NCBI GenBank assembly: GCA_964016885.1
Contig: CAXHJY010001537.1
Coordinates: forward strand, 1 to 60,274
Direction of reading: 5' to 3'
Length of the DNA stretch: 60,274 nucleotides
DNA from: Eledone cirrhosa
Lineage: Eukaryota
The position numbers and the translations under genes are program-made. Positions 28,945 through 43,300 of the stretch are shown in pieces. Positions within the stretch are counted from its first letter, which is position 1. The number at the start of each line of letters is the position of its first letter. The notes below the pieces were generated by a model. That model saw only the letters and a list, made by a program, of their open reading frames with translations. It made no database searches and was not told where the DNA came from.

Positions 28945-29135
28945 TAATTGTTTCTACTTTTGGTACAAGGCCAGCAATAACCCAATACATTACTGGTACT
29001 TTATTTTACCGACTCCGTAAGGATGAAAGGCAAAGTTAACCTCGGCGGAATTTGAACTCAGATCATAAAGGGACGTAAACCTATGCTTCAAAGCATGGTG
29101 TCCGACTCTCTGTCGATACTGCCAATCCACCAGTG
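28945..29135 (-). mobile_element. tRNA-derived SINE
   Basis: A box TGGCAGTATCG, B box GTTCAAAT(T/C)C, conserved core, AGTAGAAACAATT end. Confidence 0.85.
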
Positions 29136-29254
29136 GTATATCGTGAAATTGAAAAAATCGATAACGAGGGGTAGCCATCATTTATATATGTGTATATATA
29201 CATAGATGAATGTATATGTATATATATATTTATATATATATATATATATATGTA

Positions 29255-29496
29255 TTAAGTTGTTAAACAATATTCGATGATTATGTCAAAGAATGAGTTT
29301 TACAGTAGATTGGAAGCACTCAACGTAAAAAGGATTTTCAGGAGGAGTTATTAATATTAAAATATAAGTATTAATAAAATACATGTTCTTTCGATCAATT
29401 ACATTTTATTATACATATTTAGGATGTACAACAGTACATACAGAAATATGTATAATAAAATTGATCAAAAGAACATCTATTTTATTAATACTTATA

Positions 29497-29505
<9 letters not shown>
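29255..29505. mobile_element. Fold-back of the family A2 PLE tail, centred on HHR stem II
   Basis: Homologous to 25182-25345; arms ~29354-29420 / 29443-29505, each with (G)AAA-tatgta-TA-ataaaa. Confidence 0.75.
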
Positions 29506-29595
<90 letters not shown>

Positions 29596-29716
29596 AGGTG
29601 AGTTTTATTGTAGTACAATAAAGCAATGCAGATATCGGATAAGAAGCACTCTGCAGTTTGTAGGACTGGAGTATACATAATATATAAGATCAAAAGATGG
29701 TTAAAAGAGTTCCATG

Positions 29717-29787
29717 TATTTTATTATGCGCATTTCAAAAACAAATATCATCATGCAATAACATTTGTGTTTTCATCAGATAAAATA
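29717..29787 (-). ncRNA. Hammerhead ribozyme (family A3)
   Basis: Reverse complement of 29889-29959. Confidence 0.85.
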
Positions 29788-29888
29788 GGAAGACATGATA
29801 TGAAGGTTAAAAAACACTTGTGGATAGTGCAGTTGATTTAAAACTCCACTATCCACAAGTGTGTTTTAACCTTCATATCATGTCTTCC

Positions 29889-29959
29889 TATTTTATCTGA
29901 TGAAAACACAAATGTTATTGCATGATGATATTTGTTTTTGAAATGCGCATAATAAAATA
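29889..29959 (+). ncRNA. Hammerhead ribozyme (family A3)
   Basis: tattttat-CTGATGA-aaacacaaatgttatt..gatatttgttttt-GAAA-tgcgca-TA-ataaaata; 8-bp stem I; palindromic stem III. Confidence 0.85.
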
Positions 29960-30142
29960 CATGGAACTCTTTTAACCATCTTTTGATCTTATATATTATG
30001 TATATATATATATATACACACAGCCATGGCGTGAAAGCGATTTACCAACAATCAGAAGAGTAAGAAAAAACAACAGAAGCTGAGAAAGAAAAGAATGAAA
30101 AACGACACACTAAGGAAGCACACGTGATAGGAGAGAAGTAAC

Positions 30143-32100
30143 GTTGTTGTTGGTGGTGGTGGTGGTGTTGGTGGTGGTGGTGGTGTTGGTGGTGGTGTTG
30201 GTGGTGGTGGTGGTGGTGGTGGTGGTGGTGGTGGTGTTGGGGGTGGTGGTGTTGGTGGTGGTGTTGGTGGTGGTGGTGTCGGTGGTGGTGGTGGTGGTGT
30301 TGGTGATAGTGGTGGTGGTGGTGTTGGTGTTGGTGTTGGTGGTGGTCGTGTCGGTGGTGGTGGTGGTGGTGGTGGTGGTGGTATTGGTGGTAGTGGTGGT
30401 GGTGGTGTTGGTGTTGGTGGTGGTGTTGGTGGTGGTGGTGTCGGTGGTGGTGGTGGTGGTGGTGGTGGTGGTGTTGGTGGTAGTGGTGGTGGTGGTGTTG
30501 GTGTTGATGGTGGTGTTGGTGGTGTTGGTGGTGGTGGTGTTGGTGTCGGTGGTGGTGGTTGTGCTGGTGGTGTTGTTCTTGGTGGTGGTGGGTGGTGGTG
30601 GTGGTGGGGATTGGTGGTGGTAGTGGTGGTGTTGGAGGTGGTGTTAGTGGTGTCGGTGGTGGTGTTGGTGGTGTTGAGGTGGTGGTGGTAGTGTTGGTTG
30701 TGTTGGTGGCGATGGTGGTGGTGGTGGGGATGGTGTTGGTGGTGGGGTTGTTGTTGGTGTTAGTGGTTGTGGTGGTGGTGGAGTTGGTGGTGGAGGTGTT
30801 GGAGGTGGTGTTGGTGGTGGTGGTGATGGTGGTGCTGCTGGTACTGGTGGTGCTGCTGGTACTGGTGGTGCTGGTGCTGGTGGTAGTGGTGGTGGTGTTG
30901 GTGGTGGTGTTGGTGGTGTTGGAGGTGGTGTTAGTGGTGTTGGTGGTGGTGGTGTTTGAGGTGGTGATGGTGGTAGTGGTGGTGGTGGTGGTAATATGTG
31001 GTGGTGATCGTGGCGGTGGTGGAGGTGGTGGTGATGCTGGTGGTAGTGGTGGAGATAGGGGTGTTAGTGGTAGTGGTGTCGGTGTTAGTAGTGATAGTGG
31101 AAATGGTGATAGTGGTGTTGCTGTAGTGGTGGTGGCGGTTGTGGTTGTGGCAGTAGTGGTGATGGTGGAGGTGGTAGTGGTCGTGGGGGTTGTGGCAGTA
31201 GTGGTGATGATGGAGGCGGTGGCGGTGGCGGTGCCGGTGCTGCTGCTGCTGGTGCTGCTGCTGCAGGTAGTGTTGGTGGAGGTGGTGGTGGTGATGGTAG
31301 TGTTGGTGGAGGTGGTGGTGGTGTTGGTGGTGGCAGTGGTGGTGACGGTGGTGGTGTTGGCAGTTGTGGTGGTGGTGGTGGTGGTGGTAGTGTTGGTGGT
31401 GTGGGTGGTGATAGTTTTGGTGGTGGTGGTGGTAGTGGTGGTGTTGGTTGTGGTTGCGGTGGTGTTGGTTGTGGCGGTTTTGGTGTTAGTGTAGTGGTGG
31501 TGGTGGTGGTTGTGGCGTTGGTGGTGGTGGTGATGGTGTTGGTGGTGGTGGTATTGGTAATGGTCTTGTTTGTGGTGTTGGTGGTGGCGTTGGTGATGGT
31601 GTTGTTGGTGGCAGTTTTGATAATGGTGGTGTTTGTAGTGGTGGTGACAGTGTTGTTGGTGGTGTTGATGGTGGTGGTGGTGGTGGTGGTGGTGGTGGTG
31701 ATGGTAGTGTTGGTGGAGTTGGTGGTGGTGATGGTGGTGGCAGTGGTGGTGATGGTGGTGGTGTTGGCGGTGGTGGTGGTGGTAGTGTTGGTGGTAGTGG
31801 TGGTGGTGCTGGTAGTGATAGTTCTGGTGCTGGTCGTAGTACTGGTGGTGATGTTTGTGGTTGTGGTGGTGTTGGTTGTGGCTCTTGTGGGCTTAGTGTT
31901 GGTGGTGTTGGTTGTGGTGTTGGTGGCATTGGTAATGGTGGTGTTTGTGGTAGTGCTGACAGTGTTGGTGGTTGCTGTTGGTGGTGGTGGGGTTGGTGGT
32001 GGTGGTGTTGGCAATGGTGAGGGGGGATCAGTGGTGGTTGTCGTGTTCATGTTGTGGTGGTGGTGGTGGTGGTGGTGGTGGTGACAGAGTTGGTGGTGTG
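30143..32100. repeat. Degenerate (GGT/GTT)n trinucleotide tract
   Basis: Direct reading; produces spurious poly-V, poly-T and poly-P ORFs. Confidence 0.95.
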
Positions 32101-32755
32101 GGGGCTGTAATATGTGTGTGAATGTCTGTTTATATGTATGTGTGTTATTGTAAGTTTCTTACTGTGTGTGTGCGTGTTTGTGTTTGTCTTTGGGTGTTTC
32201 GGTGTGTGTTTGTGTTTGTGTGTTTGTGTGTGTGAATGTGTTTGTGTTTGTGTGTGTGTGTGTGTGTGTGATACTCTGTGTTGTATGAGTTTGTGTTTGT
32301 ATCAGTGTGTGTATGTGTTTGTGTTTGTGTGCGTGTGAAAGGCAATGAAACTAACAGAGTTAGAATGAAAGAGCGAGCAAGTAAATGAGAAAAAGAGAGA
32401 GGGTGAGGGAGACACATAGAGAGAGAGAGAGAGAGAATGAGCAAGGTAGGTGGAATATTGTGTATGTGTGTGTGTGTTCTTTTCTGCGTCTGCGTTTGTA
32501 GGTGTTTATACGTGTGTATAAGTGCATGTGTTTATACGTGTTAGCACGTGTATAAGTGTATGTGTTTATATGTATGTGTGTGTATGCGTACGTGTGTTTG
32601 TTAAATATATACGCATGTTTGTGTCAATGTGAACCAGAGTAAGTGAGTGTATTTCTTGAGTGCATGTATGTGTGTGCACATATGTGTAGCTTGTGTTTGT
32701 GTTTCTATACTTTCGTACGTGTATATGTTTCTGAAAACTGAAGCAAGGGAATTGT

Positions 32756-32818
<63 letters not shown>

Positions 32819-32923
32819 ATGAGATAAAGAAAGTGACATAGAACAAGAAATGGAGAAAGAGTGAACGATTGTGAGCGAGAGAGAGAGGGGGAGTAGAGAG
32901 AGAGAGGGAGGGGTTAGAGAGAC

Positions 32924-33000
<77 letters not shown>

Positions 33001-33110
33001 GACAGAGAGAGGGTGTGTGGGGTGTGGGGGGAGACACAGAGAGAGAGACAGAGAGAGACAGTGACAGAGAGAGACAAAGAGACAGAGAGAGGGGGTGTGG
33101 ATGTGGGGAG

Positions 33111-33165
<55 letters not shown>

Positions 33166-33240
33166 GAGAGAGAGATACAGTGACAGAGAGAGACACAGAA
33201 TGATGGAGATAGAAGGAAAGAGGAGGAGAGAGAGGTGGAA
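32756..33240. repeat. Compound (GA)n tract
   Basis: Direct reading. Confidence 0.93.
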
Positions 33241-33359
33241 GAGGAAATGTGGGTGGAGAAAAATTAGGTGTCACACAACTATTGGTTAACTGATGGAGAT
33301 GTGAAGAGAGTGGACCAATTGCAGTAGGCTACAGAAACATGGCGGAAAACAACGTACTC

Positions 33360-34470
33360 ACACACACATACACATACACATACAGACATAGAGACATAGA
33401 GACAGAGGAGACAGGCACATACATATACACACATACACATACACATACAGACATAGAGACAGAAGAGACAGGCACATACACATACACACATACACATACA
33501 CATACAGACATAGAGACAGAAGAGACAGGCACATACACATACACACATACACATACACATACAGACATAGAGACAGAAGAGACAGGCACATACATATACA
33601 CACATACACATACACATACAGACATAGAGACAGAAGAGACAGGCACATACATATACACACATACACATACACATACAGACATAGAGACAGAAGAGACAGG
33701 CACATACATATACACACATACACATACACATACAGACATAGAGACAGAAGAGACAGGCACATACATATACACATATACACACATACACATACACATACAG
33801 ACATAGAGACAGCAGAGACAGGCACATACATATACACACATACACATACACATACAGACATAGAGACAGAAGAGACAGGCACATACATATACACACATAC
33901 ATATACACGCATACACACATACACATACAGACATAGAGACAGAAGAGACAGGCACATACATATACACATACACATACAGACATAGAGACAGAAGAGACAG
34001 GCACATACATATACACATACACATACAGACATAGAGACAGAAGAGACAGGCACATACATATACACACATACACATACACATACACACATACACATACACA
34101 TACACACATACACATACACATACAGACATAGAGACAGAAGAGAAGGCACATACATATACACACATACACATACACATACACACATACACATACACATACA
34201 GACATAGAGACAGAAGAGACAGGCACATACATATACACACATACACATACACATACACACATTCACATACACATACACATACAGACGTACAGACAGAGAC
34301 AGGGACATACACACACACACACACTTACACACTTACACATACAGACAGTGACAGGCACACACACACACACACACACACACACGCATACATATACAGACGT
34401 ACAGACAGACAGGCACACACACACACACACACATACACATACAGACGTACAGACAGAGACAGGCACATAC
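33360..34470. repeat. ~57-bp minisatellite (GACATAGAGACAGAAGAGACAGG + CA/TA tract), decaying into (CA)n-rich sequence to ~35690
   Basis: Units start at 33450, 33507, 33564 and onward. Confidence 0.9.
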
Positions 34471-34664
34471 ACACACACACATACGCATACACGCACATAC
34501 ACACATACACGTACATACACACACACACAGAGACACACATGTACACATAAGCACGTAAACACGCACATAAGCATGTATACACACACACACTCACAAGCAC
34601 ACACACACACACATACACATACATACATAGAGACATAGACAGGCACTACACACACACATATACA

Positions 34665-34702
<38 letters not shown>

Positions 34703-35694
34703 ATCACGTACACACGCACATAAGCATGTATATACACACACAGACACTCACAAGCACACACACATACACATACAGACGTAGAGACAGAGACAGACACACA
34801 CATACACACACTCACGCAGGCACATACTCACACACATACACACACAGACATAAGCACGTGCACACGCACATAGACACCTACATACGCACATAAGCATGTA
34901 TATATACACACACACATACACACACACACACAAGCACACACACATACACATACAGATATAGTGACAGAGACAGACACACACACACACACACGCACACGCC
35001 ACATACATACACACACACACACAGACATAAGTACGTACACACGCACATAAGCACGTACATACACACACTTACACACACACGCAAACACACATAGACACGC
35101 ACTAAGACACGCACACAGTCATATACATACACACTCACACAGATACACATGCACTTATACATACACATACATATATATATATATATATAAATATAGGCAT
35201 ACACCATCTTACACAACTACACCTCCCCTACTCATACACAGATACATACACAGGCACATTCAAGCACTCACACATACACACACAGCGACAAGCACACGCG
35301 CATACACATATACACACTCACAGTCACACACAGGCACACAAGCATTCATACATACACATACATATATACATAGGCATACACCATCATATACAACTAACCC
35401 AACATATACAAGCTTACACCCTCACATGCAAACACACATACACAGACACACACACATACAAACACCCACACACAAACAAACAAGCACTCATAAATACACA
35501 TACATATGTATTCACACACATACACCGTCTTACACAACTACCTCCCACCAACACACTTATAGACACATACACATACAAACACACATACAAACACACACAC
35601 AAACAGGCACACACACTCAAACATCGACACACACAGGCGCTCACACACAAGCACTCATATATACACGTACACACACACACACACATATATATAT

Positions 35695-36125
35695 CTGGCA
35701 AGACTGGAATTGAACCATCAGCACAGTTGAGGTATGTCATACATCAATTTATATATTTTATCTGATGAGGACGTACTGAAAACACACCACAATACCTCCG
35801 AAATATATATAATTGTTTCTACTTTTTGCACAAGGCCAGCAATTATTCCAGTGTATTACTGGTACTTTATTTTATCGACCCTGTAAGGATGAAAGGCAAA
35901 GTTAACCTCGGCGGGATTTGAACTCAGTCCGTAAAGGGACGTAACTGTGCTGCAAAGCATGGCATCCGACCCTCTACCGAAATATATATAATAAAATATA
36001 TTTTGATTACGTTGAATCTCTATATTTATTAATATTAATAACTCCAGAAAATTAACTGTTGAGTGCTTCTAATCTATAAAACTATATTCATTGATTAATC
36101 AATGAACCTTGTTTAACTTTTTGAT
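35695..36125 (+). mobile_element. 3' end of a family A2 PLE with HHR (35755-35811) split by a SINE
   Basis: Homologous to the reverse complement of 25182-25440; attttat-CTGATGA-ggacgtactg..-GAAA-tatata-TA. Confidence 0.78.
35812..35980 (-). mobile_element. tRNA-derived SINE, slightly 5'-truncated, with TSD
   Basis: Flanked by CCGAAATATATATAAT at 35798-35813 and 35977-35992. Confidence 0.88.
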
Positions 36126-36132
36126 ATATATT

Positions 36133-36275
36133 ATTGGTACTTTATTTTATCGACCCTGTAATGATGAAAGGCAAACTCAACCTCGGCGGGATTTGAACTC
36201 AGATCGTAAAGGGACGTAACTATGCTGGAAAGCATGGCGTCCGACCCTCTACCGATACTGCCAATCCACCGCCTT
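36133..36275 (-). mobile_element. tRNA-derived SINE, 3' end missing
   Basis: Same family sequence. Confidence 0.85.
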
Positions 36276-36783
<508 letters not shown>

Positions 36784-36895
36784 ATATATATATATACATA
36801 TATACATACTCATACATCATCTTACAGAACTATACATCACCGCCGCATGTACACACTCACACACAAACACTCATCATATCATACATATACGAATG

Positions 36896-36926
<31 letters not shown>

Positions 36927-36979
36927 GGATACACCTTCTTACACAACTACACCTCACCCCCGCACATACACAAACAATC

Positions 36980-37014
<35 letters not shown>

Positions 37015-37464
37015 AACACACAGACCCACAAACATTCATATATATATATATAAATATGCACACACACACACACACAAACGCATATATATATATATAAATA
37101 TATACACACACACGCACACACAAACATTCAGATATGTATATACACACACAAACGCATACATCATACACAACTATCCCCACATCTATTCGCACACACACAC
37201 ACGGCACATACATACACACAGAGAAACATATACGCTTTCAACAGACACGCTTACATACAAACACACACGCACACGCACACACGGCCGCATATACAGACAC
37301 ACTTTCATACAAACACATACACACACACACACATGGATACATACAAATACACACACACACACGCACGGAAACACACACACAGATACATATACGGTATCAA
37401 CGGACACACTTTCATACAAACACACTCACACACACATGGATACATACACACACAATGATACATA

Positions 37465-37522
<58 letters not shown>

Positions 37523-37547
37523 TACATATAAGGTATCAACAGACACG

Positions 37548-38105
37548 CCTAGCTGAGTGCCAGTGGAGAAGGAGGGCAGGGCAGGGAGCCAGGCACAGCT
37601 GTGGGATGTGGAGGCCGCACGAAAACAAGTAAGGCGGTGCTGGTCGAGCTGGTGCGTGAGCCTGTCTGAGGCCAGGCTGCACTGGATGTCATCCCAATTG
37701 CGTTGGGGGACTTGACATCAATAGGGGGAGAAGGAGGAGGGCGTCTACTGGGCTAAGTCCCAGCCGGTGCCACGTCTCACAGGCGGCCTCACGTTCTCTG
37801 AACACAGAGGGTTCTGTTGTGTTTAGAAGAACTCTGCTGACGAGGACACGGCACATGGTTACCGACGAAAGATACGCCGGCAAAGCTAGTGAGATCGGGG
37901 ACCGGAGGCCAAGACCGCCATACCTGACAGGTACCCCAGGGCTACCTCCTCACTCACCACCAGGCGCTTGAGCTGGCCAGCCGCATGTGTGAACCCCGCG
38001 AGTTGGAGTGGCTTTTCCAGCGCGTCTCCCTTGCCGTCCTTCGGGGAAACGCCTTCTCCATTCTGTCCGCGCCGGGGCTGTGGGTGGGCCCCATCGCGTA
38101 CCGTT
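37548..38105 (+). mobile_element. Rearranged CRE-like fragment
   Basis: EPRELEWLFQRVSLAVLRGNAFSIL; 3' part matches the reverse complement of 19990-20130; GC-rich. Confidence 0.65.
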
Positions 38106-38365
38106 GTAGTTGTTGTATACAGATATTAACTCTTACATACATATGTCTGTTCCAAGCGTTATTCTATATGAGACTGTGTGTATACATGCGCGGACGTGAA
38201 AGAAAGTGTGTCTATGTGTTTATCGTAGTCTCTCACTCTCCTTATCATGTGTGTTTTACATATGCGGTACAAACAAGTAACATAATATTTAATATATAGA
38301 TCGCTGGCTACATTGTATGTATATGTATATTTATTATATATATATACATTTATGTATATAATAGT

Positions 38366-38407
38366 ACCACTGATGATGTTGCAGATGTGCAACGAAAGAA
38401 CTTTGAT
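38366..38407 (+). ncRNA. Minimal hammerhead ribozyme (family D, diverged) in element ~38360-38600
   Basis: CTGATGA-t-gttgca gatg tgcaac-GAAA-gaac-TT-tgat; the element ends ATGACCCTCCC(C/A)AAGTATAACAAT as at 14570. Confidence 0.68.
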
Positions 38408-38724
38408 AGACTATATATATATATATATATTTATATCTGTATTTTTAACTGTTAGTCAATCAAAGATATACATCGATTGCCAAATAAATTAACTATGGAG
38501 ATATAAAAGATTCAGAAGCAAAAACCAACCAAACAGTGAGTGTGTTCCGTTATTATTTCTGGCAATATTATTACAATATGACCCTCCCCAAGTATAACAA
38601 TATATATATATATGTATACATATTTCGTATCTCCAAAGAAATACGGTTTTAGGAAACCGTAGCTATGAAAACACCGGGGGGGGGGTCTAACGCCCTCTGA
38701 TGTCCAGCAGAAGCAAGGGGGACA

Positions 38725-38768
38725 AGCTTCTATGCATTTCAGGCTTAACTGGCCCTCGTCAGGACGGT
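38725..38768 (-). ncRNA. Hammerhead ribozyme (family F)
   Basis: accgtc-CTGACGA-gggc cagttaa gcct-GAAA-tgca-TA-gaagct. Confidence 0.75.
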
Positions 38769-39134
38769 CCCTTCCACCGCTTGCGACTGCTGGACTAGAA
38801 GACAGCCGAGAATATATACTTTTCTCGTCTGTGTAAATGAGGTGATTAATCTCATTTGCATATGAAGCTGCATAAGTTGGCTCAACTTATAATAAAAAAG
38901 AAATAGGATTTCGATTCAAACATAGCTAAAACCGTATTTCTTTAGAGATACGAAATATTTATACATATTGTATAAAGCTATGCTTGAAGCGAAATCCTAT
39001 TTCTTTTTTATTATAAGTTGAGCCAACTTATGCAGCTTCATATGCAGATGAGATTAATCACCTCATTTACACAGACGAGAAAAGTATATAATCTCGCCTG
39101 TCTTCTAGTCCAGTAGTCGCAAGCGGTGGGAGGG

Positions 39135-39178
39135 ACCGTCCTGGCGAAGGCCAGTTAAGCCTGAAATGCATAGACGGT
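39135..39178 (+). ncRNA. Hammerhead ribozyme (family F), A6->G
   Basis: accgtc-CTGGCGA-aggc cagttaa gcct-GAAA-tgca-TA-gacggt; perfect 6-bp stem I. Confidence 0.75.
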
Positions 39179-39610
39179 TGTCCCCCCCCCCCCTTTGCTT
39201 CTGCTGGACATGACCAGAGGGCGTTAGCCTCCCGGTGTTTGCATAGCTACGGCTTCCTAAAACCGTATTTCTTTGGAGATACGAAATATTTATACATTTT
39301 GTATAAAGCTCTGCTTGAAGCGAAATCCTATTTCTTTTATATATATATAAATATAAATTCAGCGAGAATCGCATGTCGGCGGGTATATATATGTATATAT
39401 ATATTTATTTATTTATTTATCCTGGGTTAGATCGGGGGTCACCACAGTAAGTAAGGTACACAATACATTATATAAATATAATAGTATAACCTATATTAAA
39501 TATGTATACTCTGCTTTGTATTGAGTACCTTACAACCTCCACCCATCCCAATCATCACCCCATCCTACCACGAGAAAAGATATAAATACCACCATATTAC
39601 TTGGACAGTC

Positions 39611-39661
39611 GGCTTCCTGATGATTTCTCCTGAATGAAACAGTTCTACACCGGTAGAAGCC
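39611..39661 (+). ncRNA. Hammerhead ribozyme (family C)
   Basis: ggcttc-CTGATGA-tttctcctgaat-GAAA-..-TA-gaagcc. Confidence 0.68.
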
Positions 39662-39883
39662 TTTTCTATATTAAATATATATAGACCTGATTATTTTTTT
39701 CGTTGCTTTAGTTTCATATGACTGGGCTCACATGTCGCGGTTTTCAATTTGTCAAGCTATCTAACATATGTTATTACACTAAGGTGACACAACCTTATCG
39801 AGTGCTTTGCTGCACATTCCTGATTGTATATCGTTAACTTGGCCACAGCCAAAACTTCGATTTTATTAAACTTCCATTTGTAT

Positions 39884-39919
<36 letters not shown>

Positions 39920-40059
39920 CGAATTATGTCTAATAAATTTTAATTCGTCGCACCACTGATTCTCCGTTTCTTATGTGATATTATACTCTGCTGTATAAGA
40001 TCATCGAGTGCTCAAACGGCCTAACGCATACGGACGATTTAAGCATCCCGCACCAATTG

Positions 40060-40370
40060 TATAGATAGATTTCTATTTATTTGCCACTAGGGCACAAAAG
40101 AAGGGGACATTTACACAGTGGGGGAGTTTACATAAATCGAGTAAAGGAAAAAGGAATAACAATAATAATATAACAATAAAAAGTACTCAAAAGAGAGGGG
40201 GCGTGTTGGGGATTGCACATACCCCCGAAAAGTGAGCAACTCTTTTCGCGGGGGCAGCCCAGAGAGGAGGCGCTCCCCCTTTCCTCTTCACTTCTTCACC
40301 TACAGAACGATGTAGAGAGAAGGCCCATTTACACGGGCCATTCTCGCTTCTTTCACCCACCTTTCATAAA
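40060..40370 (-). mobile_element. Probable L1/Tx1-type LINE 3' end
   Basis: C-terminus FYERWVKEARMARVNGPSLYIVL*, pyrimidine-rich 3' UTR, AATAAA and (TCTA) tail. Family assignment is from recall. Confidence 0.5.
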
Positions 40371-43300
40371 ACATAGTTAACACCAGAGTTAACACCACAG
40401 TTAACACCACAGTTAAAACCACAGTTAACGCGACAGTTAACACCATAGTTAACACCACAATTAACACCACAGTTAACACCACGTATAACACCACAGTTAA
40501 CACCACAGTTAACACCACAGTTAACACCAGAGTTAACACTACAATTAACACCACAGTTAACACCACAGTTAACATCCCAGGTAACACCACAGTTAACACC
40601 AGAGTTAACACCATAGTTAACACCATAGTTAACACCACAGTTAACATCCCAGTTAACACCACAGTTAACACCACAGTTAACAGCACAGTTAACACCACAG
40701 TTAACACCACAATTAACACGACAGTTAACACCATAGTTAACACCACAGTTAACATCCCAGTTAACACCAGAGTTAACACCACAGTTAACACCACAGTTAA
40801 CACCACAGTTAACACCACAGTTAACACCACAGTTAACATCACAGTTAACACGACCGTTAACACCACAGTTAACACAACAGTTAACACCACAGTTAACACC
40901 ACAGTTAACACCACAGTTAACACCACAGTTAACACCATAGTTAACACCACAGTTAACACCACAGTTAACACCACAGTTAACATCACAGTTATCACCACAG
41001 TTAACACCACAGTTAACACCACAGTTAACACCACAGTTAACACCACAGTTAACACCAGAGTTAACACCACAGTTAACACCACAGTTAACACAACAGTTAA
41101 CACAACAGTTAACACCACAGTTAACACCACAGTTAACACCACAGTTAACACCACAGTTAACACCATAGTTAACACCACAGTTAACACCACAGTTAACACC
41201 ACAGTTAACATCACAGTTAACACCACAGTTAACACCACAGTTAACACCACAGTTAACACCACAGTTAACACCACAGTTAACACCAGAGTTAACACCACAG
41301 TTAACACCACAGTTAACACCACAGTTAACACCACAGTTAACACCACAGTTAACATCACAGTTAACACCACCGTTAAAACCACAGTTAACACAACAGTTAA
41401 CACCACAGTTAACACCACAGTTAACACCATAGTTAACACCACAGTTAACACCACAGTTAACACCACAGTTAACATCACAGTTAACACCACAGTTAACACC
41501 ACAGTTAACACCACAGTTAACACCACAGTTAACACCAGAGTTAACACCACAGTTAACACCACAGTTAACACAACAGTTAACACCACAGTTAACACAACAG
41601 TTAACACAACAGTTAACACAACAGTTAACACCACAGTTAACACCACAGTTAACACCATAGTTAACACCACAGTTAACACCACAGTTAACACCATAGTTTA
41701 CACCACAGTTAACACCATAATTAACACCAGAGTTAACACCACAGTTAACACCACAGTTAACACCACAGTTAACACCACAGTTAACACAACAGTTAACACA
41801 ACAGTTAACACCACAGTTAACACCACAATTAACACCACAGTTAACACCACAGTTAACACCGTAATTAACACCAGAGTTTACACCACAGTTAACCCCATAG
41901 TTAACACCACAGTTAACATCACAGTCAACACCATAGTTAACACCATAGTTAACACCACAGTTAACACCATAGTTAACACCACAGGTAACACCATAGTTAA
42001 CACCATAGTTAACACCATAGTTAACAGCACAGTTAAAACCACAGTTAACACCACAGTTAACACCACAGTTAACACCACAGTTAACACCACAGTTAACACC
42101 ACAGTTAACACCACAGTTAACACCACAGTTAACACCACAGTTAACACCATAGTTAGCACCACAGTTAACACCATAGTTAACACCACAGTTAACACCACAG
42201 TTAACACCACAGTTAACACCATAGTTAACACCATAGTTAAGACCATAGTTAACACCACAGTTAACACCACAGTTAACACCACAGTTAACATCACAGGTAA
42301 CACCACAGTTAACACCACAGTTAACACCACAGTTAACATCACAGTTAACACCACAGTTAACACCATAGTTAACACGACAGTTAACACCATAGTTAACACC
42401 ATAGTTAACACCACAGTTAACAGCACAGTTAAAACCACAGTTAACACCATAGTTAACACCACAGTTAACGCCATAGTTAACACCACAGTTAACACCACAG
42501 TTAACACCACAGTTAACACCGCAGTTAACAGCACAGTTAACACCACAGTTAACACCACAGTTAACACCACAGTTAACACAACAGTTAACACCACAGTTAA
42601 CACCACAGTTAACACCACAGTTAACAGCACAGTAAACACCACAGTAAACACCACAGTTAACACCATAGTTTATATCACAGTTAACATCACAGTTAACACC
42701 ACAGTTAACACCATAGTTAACACCACAGTTAACACCACAGTTAACACCACAGTTAACACCACAGTTAACACCACAGTTAACACCACAGTTAACACCACAG
42801 TTAACACCAGAGTTAACACCACAGTTAACACCACAGTTAACACCACAGTTAACACAACAGTTAACACACAGTTAACATCCCAGTTAACACCACAGTTAAC
42901 ACCGCAGTTAACACAACAGTTAACATCACAGTTAACACCACAGTTAACACAACAGTTAACACACAGTTAACATCCCAGTTAACACCACAGTTAACACCGC
43001 AGTTAACACCGCAGTTAACACCACAGTTAACACCACAGTTAACACCACAGTTAACACCACAGTTAACATCACAGTTAACACCACAGTTAACACCACAGTT
43101 AACACAACAGTTAACACAACAGTTAACACACAGTTAACATCCCAGTTAACACCACAGTTAACACCACAGTTAACACCACAGTTAACACCACAGTTAACAC
43201 CACAGTTAACACCACAGTTAACACCACAGTTAACACCATAGTTAACACCACAGTTAACACCACAGTTAACACCACAGTTAACAGCACAGTTAACACCACA

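Larger units (their letters stand above)
29600..30005. mobile_element. Fold-back element with a complete HHR in each arm (family A3)
   Basis: Arms ~29672-29833 / ~29842-30005. Confidence 0.82.
38620..39340. mobile_element. Retrozyme-like 331-nt monomer (family F): ~0.9 copy on minus fused to ~1.25 tandem copies on plus
   Basis: CTAAAACCGTATTTC recurs at 38926 and 39257; inversion junction at CATAGCT (~38921-38927). Confidence 0.82.

Noticed and set aside
30144-32084. Long poly-Val and Thr/Pro-rich mucin-like ORFs
   Set aside because: They arise from degenerate (GGT)n that is open in several frames on both strands, with no unique domains or splice context.
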